Assembly: GCA_050261575.1 (NCBI GenBank)
Contig: JBLNDL010000093.1
Coordinates: forward strand, 62,001 to 83,880
Direction of reading: 5' to 3'
Length of the DNA: 21,880 nt
Origin: Sphingomonadaceae bacterium
GTDB lineage: Bacteria; Chloroflexota; UBA6077
Positions 17,436-21,880 of the stretch are shown piece after piece. The translations under genes and the position numbers were made by a program. How positions within the stretch are numbered: position 1 is the first letter of the stretch; each line of letters begins with the position of its first letter. The notes under the pieces were generated by a model. It was not told where the DNA came from. It was given only the letters and a program-made list of their open reading frames with translations, and did not search any database.

Positions 17436-18817
17436 CTACTGGCAGCTTCGACTGGGCGTGTCGACCTGCGGGAAGATGGTCCGCGCGTCTGCCCCGTGGG
17501 ACCAGACGTTGGAGTTGGTCGCTATGCCATCCACGCTCACCCGGAAGTAGTACTTGTTCAGGGGATCCTGCGCCTGGCTCACATCCACGTCGTTGAACAC
17601 CCATCGGGGCTGCTGCAGTCCCCCGATATCCCCGATAACCCTCTGGCCCACTGCGATCTCCCTCTGAGGATCGTTGTTCAAGGAGCTGAACAGTCGCACC
17701 GTGAGGTTGGCATCTGGCGGGGCTGATTGCAGGGTCCCCGCCGCGAAGATGGCCACCTCGATGTTGACCAGAGGGGCCTGGGTGAGGTTCTCCACAGGGA
17801 TGGGGTTCCCCGCGGCATCGTGGGGGAAGACGATCTCCACCTTGGCATCCAGGGCGCCACCGGGCGCGGGGGCAGGTTGGGGTGTTGCACCCGCCACCGC
17901 CGGGGGTGCCGGTACGCTCGTGGGGCCGGGGGTGGCTCCTTGGACGCAGGGCGCCGGCACGATTTCCACCGCCCTCAACCGGTTTCGGTCGATGGTGTCC
18001 CTCACCCAGACGACCCTCCTGGGTGCGAAGGTGACGTCATCAACCTCGATGTCCTCCAGGGTGAGGGTTGGGTCCGCGAGCCTCCCCTGGATGCTGCCGT
18101 CTTTGGTCACACAGAAGAGCGAGCCCCCGGCCGCATTTGCCGCATAGAGGGTGTCCGCGTCGGCAACTTCGATCCCCGAGTGGCCGTTCACGTTCGTTGC
18201 CCCCCTATCGCCGTGACGAAGGATGCCAGCAGCGTCCCATCCTGGCTGTAGTGGAAGATATCGACGCTTTGGTCGGGGCCCAGCCAGAGGGATCCGTCGG
18301 CAGGGTCGACGGACAACCCGTCGATCAGGTTGTTCGGCTCTCCACCCAAGCTGAGGCCATGCCCCACGATCTCGGCGGGGGTGAAGCGAAGGGTAGCTTG
18401 GGCGGTGCCCGCCGCCTTGTCCAATGCGGCGGAGTACACTCTCCCCAGCCTCGTGCCGATCCAAAGCTGCTGGCCATTCTCATCCCAACTGATGGCCCCA
18501 AGGCCCTCTCCGCCATCCGTGGAGATGTTCGTGGTGATCTGACCCAGGACAGACCCATCTGCGGGGTTGACTCGGGTGATGACGTTGGCGTCGGTGCAGT
18601 TCGCTACTAGAAGCTCGCTTCCGTCGAAGGCGAGGCCCACGGGCAAGATGCAGTCGGGCAGGGCGGGGGTCACCGTGATGTTCCTGAGGATATCGCCGGT
18701 GACCCGATTGACCGCCCCGCTGGCGGGCGTTGGCTGGCCCGCCCCGAGTACGAAGGCCGCGGCCAGCGCCAGGACAACCAGGGGCGACTGGATGAACAAC
18801 AGAGGGGTGGATCTCAT
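17436..18817 (-). pseudogene. Secreted beta-propeller-like protein with Pro-rich linker and uncharacterised C-terminal domain, split by a 1-nt frameshift at G6 (18200-18205)
   Basis: ORF 18817-18188 has a signal peptide and blade-like repeats (GLAFDG, AISWDE, GLSVDP). It continues in another frame (GATNVNGHSGIEVAD...). Adding one G gives a single ORF of about 460 aa. Confidence 0.75.
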
Positions 18818-18835
18818 TTGTCTCTCCTCGGGAAG

Positions 18836-20284
18836 CTACTGCCGCTGGGTCTCGAAAGCGGACGTGAGGTTGGTGTCCGGCAACTCGGCCGGGCGGCAGA
18901 GCCAGTTAGGGTTGTTGGGGCAGTACTGGTTGAAGAAGGGGTTCCCCTGCGCCTCCACTTGCGCCCGGAGGTCTGCTGGCAAGAGTGTGGGGTTGTTGGT
19001 TATTACCTGCTTGAGGAAGTCGGCCAGCAGGATGCGCTCGGTGAGGCCGGTGCTCGCGTCGAACTGCAGGATCGCCCGCTGGAAACGCTGGTAGATGAAG
19101 TTGGCGTTATTGGGGTCTCGCGCCGGCCTGCTTGTTGGGAAACCCCAGACCTCGAGGGCGACCAGCTGATCGCCGCCGCCCGCAGCCAGATAGGACTGGA
19201 GGAAGTTGACCGGCACTCCCTCGAAGGAGTCGGGCACGTTGGCCTGGAGGTGGCTGAGCACCGCGGCGGCGTAGTTGGGCGTGTCCGGCAGGGGGGCGCT
19301 CGTGGCCAGGGCCTCATCGTGGGCCGGGAACGTCGAGAAGTTGATGGTGGTGACGGGCAGGGTGCCCGGGTCCAGGAGGTTCATCGGCTTGACCCCATCC
19401 GGGTGGATGCGCAGGACGGCGCCCTGGAAGAACTGGGCGGGGAAGCCGAGCACGCTGACGGTGCGGGAGACCGGGAAGCCGAAGGTGGTGACGCCGCCAC
19501 GGCCCTGGAAGTATGCCTGGATGTCTGGGTTGTCGATGCAGAAGCCGGTCTCGGGGAAGAACGGTGCCCCGGGAGGGCAGACCCCATCGGTTGGCGGCGG
19601 GGTAGGCTGACCTGGCAGGGTGAGCGACACATCGTCCACCACGGGGCCGTCACCTGCGCCGAGGTTCAGACTGGCGAACCGGAGGCGGGTAGTGGCAGCG
19701 GTCGCCACCACGTCCACCTCTTCGTAGCGCCACCCCATGTTCTGGTTGGAGTGCCCCCCAGGGACGTTACGGACGTCAAACTGGAACTCCGGGAGGACGG
19801 TGTCCCCGAAGCTGACCTGCATCCGCTTGACGGGCCCTGCGCTGCCCGAGGCTGTGGAGCCGGAGATGGCGAAGCGCAGGCGGTAGGTCTGTCCGGGGGT
19901 CGTCGGCACATCCTGGAAGATCGCACCGGCACCGGAGTCCGACAGGAGGACCGACTGCTGGCCGCTGGCCGCCTGCCACAAGGTCCCTACGTGCACGATG
20001 CTTTGCTCAGCATTCGGGTCGACGGTCCAGCCCCCGAAGGTCTCCCCTTTCGCATACCGTTTGAACGGCTCAGGCGTCTGGCCCGTTCGCGGGGTTTCGG
20101 CCGGGGGGGTTTCGAAGTTGCCGTTCTGAACGATATTGGCCTGCCCGGCGGCCGGCAGGTATGCCGTGGGGGGTGGGGCGGCGGGCTGTTTTGCGGGGCT
20201 GGTGCGCGCGCCGCCCCGCCGCACGGCGATCGCCAGGCGGGCAACGCTCTTGGCGCGGGGGAATTGCAGTCTGGTCACGTTCAT
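18836..20284 (-). CDS. Surface protein: DUF642/choice-of-anchor C-like domain plus Chloroflexota-type FFPETG...FGFPVS module
   Basis: NIVQNGNFE...GWTV...WQAASGQQSV...MGW...TRLRFASL...GPVVDDVSL, then FFPETGFCI...FGFPVSR...WGFPTS..YQRFQR. AAGGTGA SD before ATG 20284. Confidence 0.75.
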   Translation of the reverse strand: MNVTRLQFPRAKSVARLAIAVRRGGARTSPAKQPAAPPPTAYLPAAGQANIVQNGNFETPPAETPRTGQTPEPFKRYAKGETFGGWTVDPNAEQSIVHVGTLWQAASGQQSVLLSDSGAGAIFQDVPTTPGQTYRLRFAISGSTASGSAGPVKRMQVSFGDTVLPEFQFDVRNVPGGHSNQNMGWRYEEVDVVATAATTRLRFASLNLGAGDGPVVDDVSLTLPGQPTPPPTDGVCPPGAPFFPETGFCIDNPDIQAYFQGRGGVTTFGFPVSRTVSVLGFPAQFFQGAVLRIHPDGVKPMNLLDPGTLPVTTINFSTFPAHDEALATSAPLPDTPNYAAAVLSHLQANVPDSFEGVPVNFLQSYLAAGGGDQLVALEVWGFPTSRPARDPNNANFIYQRFQRAILQFDASTGLTERILLADFLKQVITNNPTLLPADLRAQVEAQGNPFFNQYCPNNPNWLCRPAELPDTNLTSAFETQRQ

Positions 20285-20534
20285 GTTTCTCACCTTTCTA
20301 TCCGATGAAGCGCTTACTGCTTCAGCGAAGACCGCAGATCGAAGCGCAGGTGCTGAGCGCCGCTTCGCCCAACGCGGCGGCGTATACCTTTGCTGCCGTT
20401 CCGATCCGGAGTTGATTGGGCTTGGCGTCCAGAGGATGCCCTCCTCTTCTTGGCCCAAAGGAAGGCCGGCCATGTTGGCCGTCGAGAGCGGCAGTGCACG
20501 GGGCGCAGCGTAGACAACATCCGTCGGGGGGCGT

Positions 20535-20551
20535 CGCAGGTTTCATACCAG
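20535..20551 (-). promoter_or_regulatory. Possible sigma54 promoter for the surface-protein genes
   Basis: Minus strand CTGGTATGAAACCTGCG: GG-N10-GC, less canonical than the other two. Confidence 0.4.
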
Positions 20552-20671
20552 TTCTACTTCTCTCTGGGATCCTCGGCGAGTGGAGGTGTGGAGCGGGTAA
20601 GAGGGCGTCGTCGCGGCGAACCGATCGGTCGGAGGCCGCTGTTCGCCAACCGGGCATCTGCTCAGGCGTTG

Positions 20672-20700
20672 TTGACGATCAGGTTTGATGACCGTACGAT
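20672..20700 (+). promoter_or_regulatory. Sigma70 promoter of the SDR gene
   Basis: TTGACG-N17-TACGAT, 61 nt before the ATG. Confidence 0.7.
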
Positions 20701-20761
20701 GGCTGCGAGACTGTTCCGCCCTGCACCGCAGGGCGTGGATAACCTGCCTGGGGGGCGAGAG

Positions 20762-21538
20762 ATGAAACTAGAGGGGAAGGTGGCGCTGGTCACCGGGGCC
20801 GGAAGCGGGATAGGCAAGGCGGTGTGCCTGCGGTTGGCCATGGACGGGGCCGACGTGGTCGCGGCCGACCTGAATCTGGAGGGCGCGCAGAAGACCGTGG
20901 CGGAGGTCGAGGCGCTGGGGCGGAAGGGCCTGGCCGTCCGGGTGGACGTGGGCGAAGTGGCTCAGCTCCAGGCGATGGTCGACGCCGCGGTGGAGAGCTT
21001 CGGCCGGATCGACATCCTGGTGGCTTGCGCTGGTGTGGTGCAGGTGAAGGGGCTGCTGGACGTCTCGGAGCAGGACTGGGATCGGATCTTCCGGATCAAC
21101 TGCAAGGGGACCTTCTTCACCAACCAGTTGGTGGGCCGGCAGATGGTGCAGCAGGGCGAAGGGGTGATCCTGAACATCTCCTCCATCAGCGGCCGTGGCC
21201 CGAGGCCCATCCAAGTCCACTACGCCGCCAGCAAGGCCGCGGTGATCTCCATCACGCAGTCGGTGGCCGCGGCGCTCGCCTCGAAGGGGGTGCGCGCGAA
21301 TGCCATCTGTCCAGGCATCGTGGAGACGCCCATGTGGGATCAGATCGATCGGGAGGCGGAGGAGCGGTTCGGCATCCCCATGGGGGAGTTGCGGAAGAAG
21401 CGGCTGTCGGATATCCCCCTGGGACGGCTGGAGACTCCGGATGACGTGGCCAACGCCGTCGCCTTCCTCGTGTCGCCTGATGCCTCCTACATCACCGGCC
21501 AGACCCTCAACGTGGACGGCGGATTCTACATGAACTGA
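20762..21538 (+). CDS. Classical SDR oxidoreductase (acetoin/butanediol or polyol dehydrogenase-like)
   Basis: TGAGSGIG, acidic residue in ADLN (NAD-preferring), NISS, YAASK, CPGIVETPMWDQID, ITGQTLNVDGG. Confidence 0.92.
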   Translation: MKLEGKVALVTGAGSGIGKAVCLRLAMDGADVVAADLNLEGAQKTVAEVEALGRKGLAVRVDVGEVAQLQAMVDAAVESFGRIDILVACAGVVQVKGLLDVSEQDWDRIFRINCKGTFFTNQLVGRQMVQQGEGVILNISSISGRGPRPIQVHYAASKAAVISITQSVAAALASKGVRANAICPGIVETPMWDQIDREAEERFGIPMGELRKKRLSDIPLGRLETPDDVANAVAFLVSPDASYITGQTLNVDGGFYMN

Positions 21539-21597
21539 GGCTCGGCATCCCGCGCATCCGAGCCGCGACCTCTCCAGCATCCGGCCGCCATCAGAAG

Positions 21598-21641
21598 CGG
21601 AGGCTTCGACCTGGCCCAGGTGGGGGCGGCCGAAGCCTCCG
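21598..21641. terminator. Hairpin between convergent genes (possible bidirectional terminator)
   Basis: CGGAGGCTTCG...CGAAGCCTCCG is an 11-bp stem. Confidence 0.5.
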
Positions 21642-21684
21642 TTCCTCTCCGTGCGACGGGCGCGCTGATGCGCCCATCCCTTCG

Positions 21685-21880
21685 CTACTTTCTGACGTTC
21701 ACGACCTTGAGCAGCTTCCAGGGTTCGTCGGCCGACCAGGCGTTCTTCTGGATCTCGACGACGCTGACCTCGGAGAGGCCGTCGCCGTTGGGCGTGAAGG
21801 AGAAGGTGCCCAGGACGCCATTGTAGCCCTGGGTGGCGAGGATGGCCTCGCGGATCTTGTTTCGATCCTCACCGGCCTTC
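21685..21880 (-). CDS. 3' end of a branched-chain amino acid ABC transporter substrate-binding protein (LivK-like), partial
   Basis: Hand translation: KAGEDRNKIREAILATQGYNGVLGTFSFTPNGDGLSEVSVVEIQK...VRK*. The pattern is typical of the Peripla_BP_6 C-terminus. Confidence 0.75.
   Translation of the reverse strand, partial: KAGEDRNKIREAILATQGYNGVLGTFSFTPNGDGLSEVSVVEIQKNAWSADEPWKLLKVVNVRK

Noticed and set aside
20375..20460. Resemblance to a c-di-GMP-I riboswitch (GGCCAA...GGACGCCAAGCC)
   Set aside because: It lacks the GNRA tetraloop/receptor and convincing P1/P3 pairing, so it cannot be called without a covariance search.

Overview
GC-rich bacterial chromosomal window. Two cell-surface domains suggest Chloroflexota; this is inferred from recalled motifs, not from a search. 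From left to right it holds: (1) a narC-like dihaem cytochrome c gene and a cytoplasmic-type nitrate reductase/nitrite oxidoreductase alpha subunit (minus strand); (2) a SAM methyltransferase; (3) a marR-MFS efflux pair; (4) azlCD; (5) a YfiT/DinB protein and tag; (6) a membrane-anchored GH5-CBM3 glucanase; (7) an MBL-fold hydrolase and a bacteriohemerythrin; (8) a csoR-copA-copZ copper operon with a clear promoter and operator; (9) two surface-protein genes, one split by a frameshift at a G6 tract; (10) an SDR; (11) the 3' end of a LivK-like binding protein. The most unusual signal is a set of small non-coding-type repeats: CCCTCACCC/CCTCTCCC-GGGAGAGG REP-like hairpins, 7-bp periodic TCAG-type arrays, and a GCGGGCG-AGA-CGCCCGC REP. 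They occur between genes and also in frame inside the molybdoenzyme gene, adding about 54 and about 22 codons. Three sigma54-type (-24/-12) promoter motifs are also visible.
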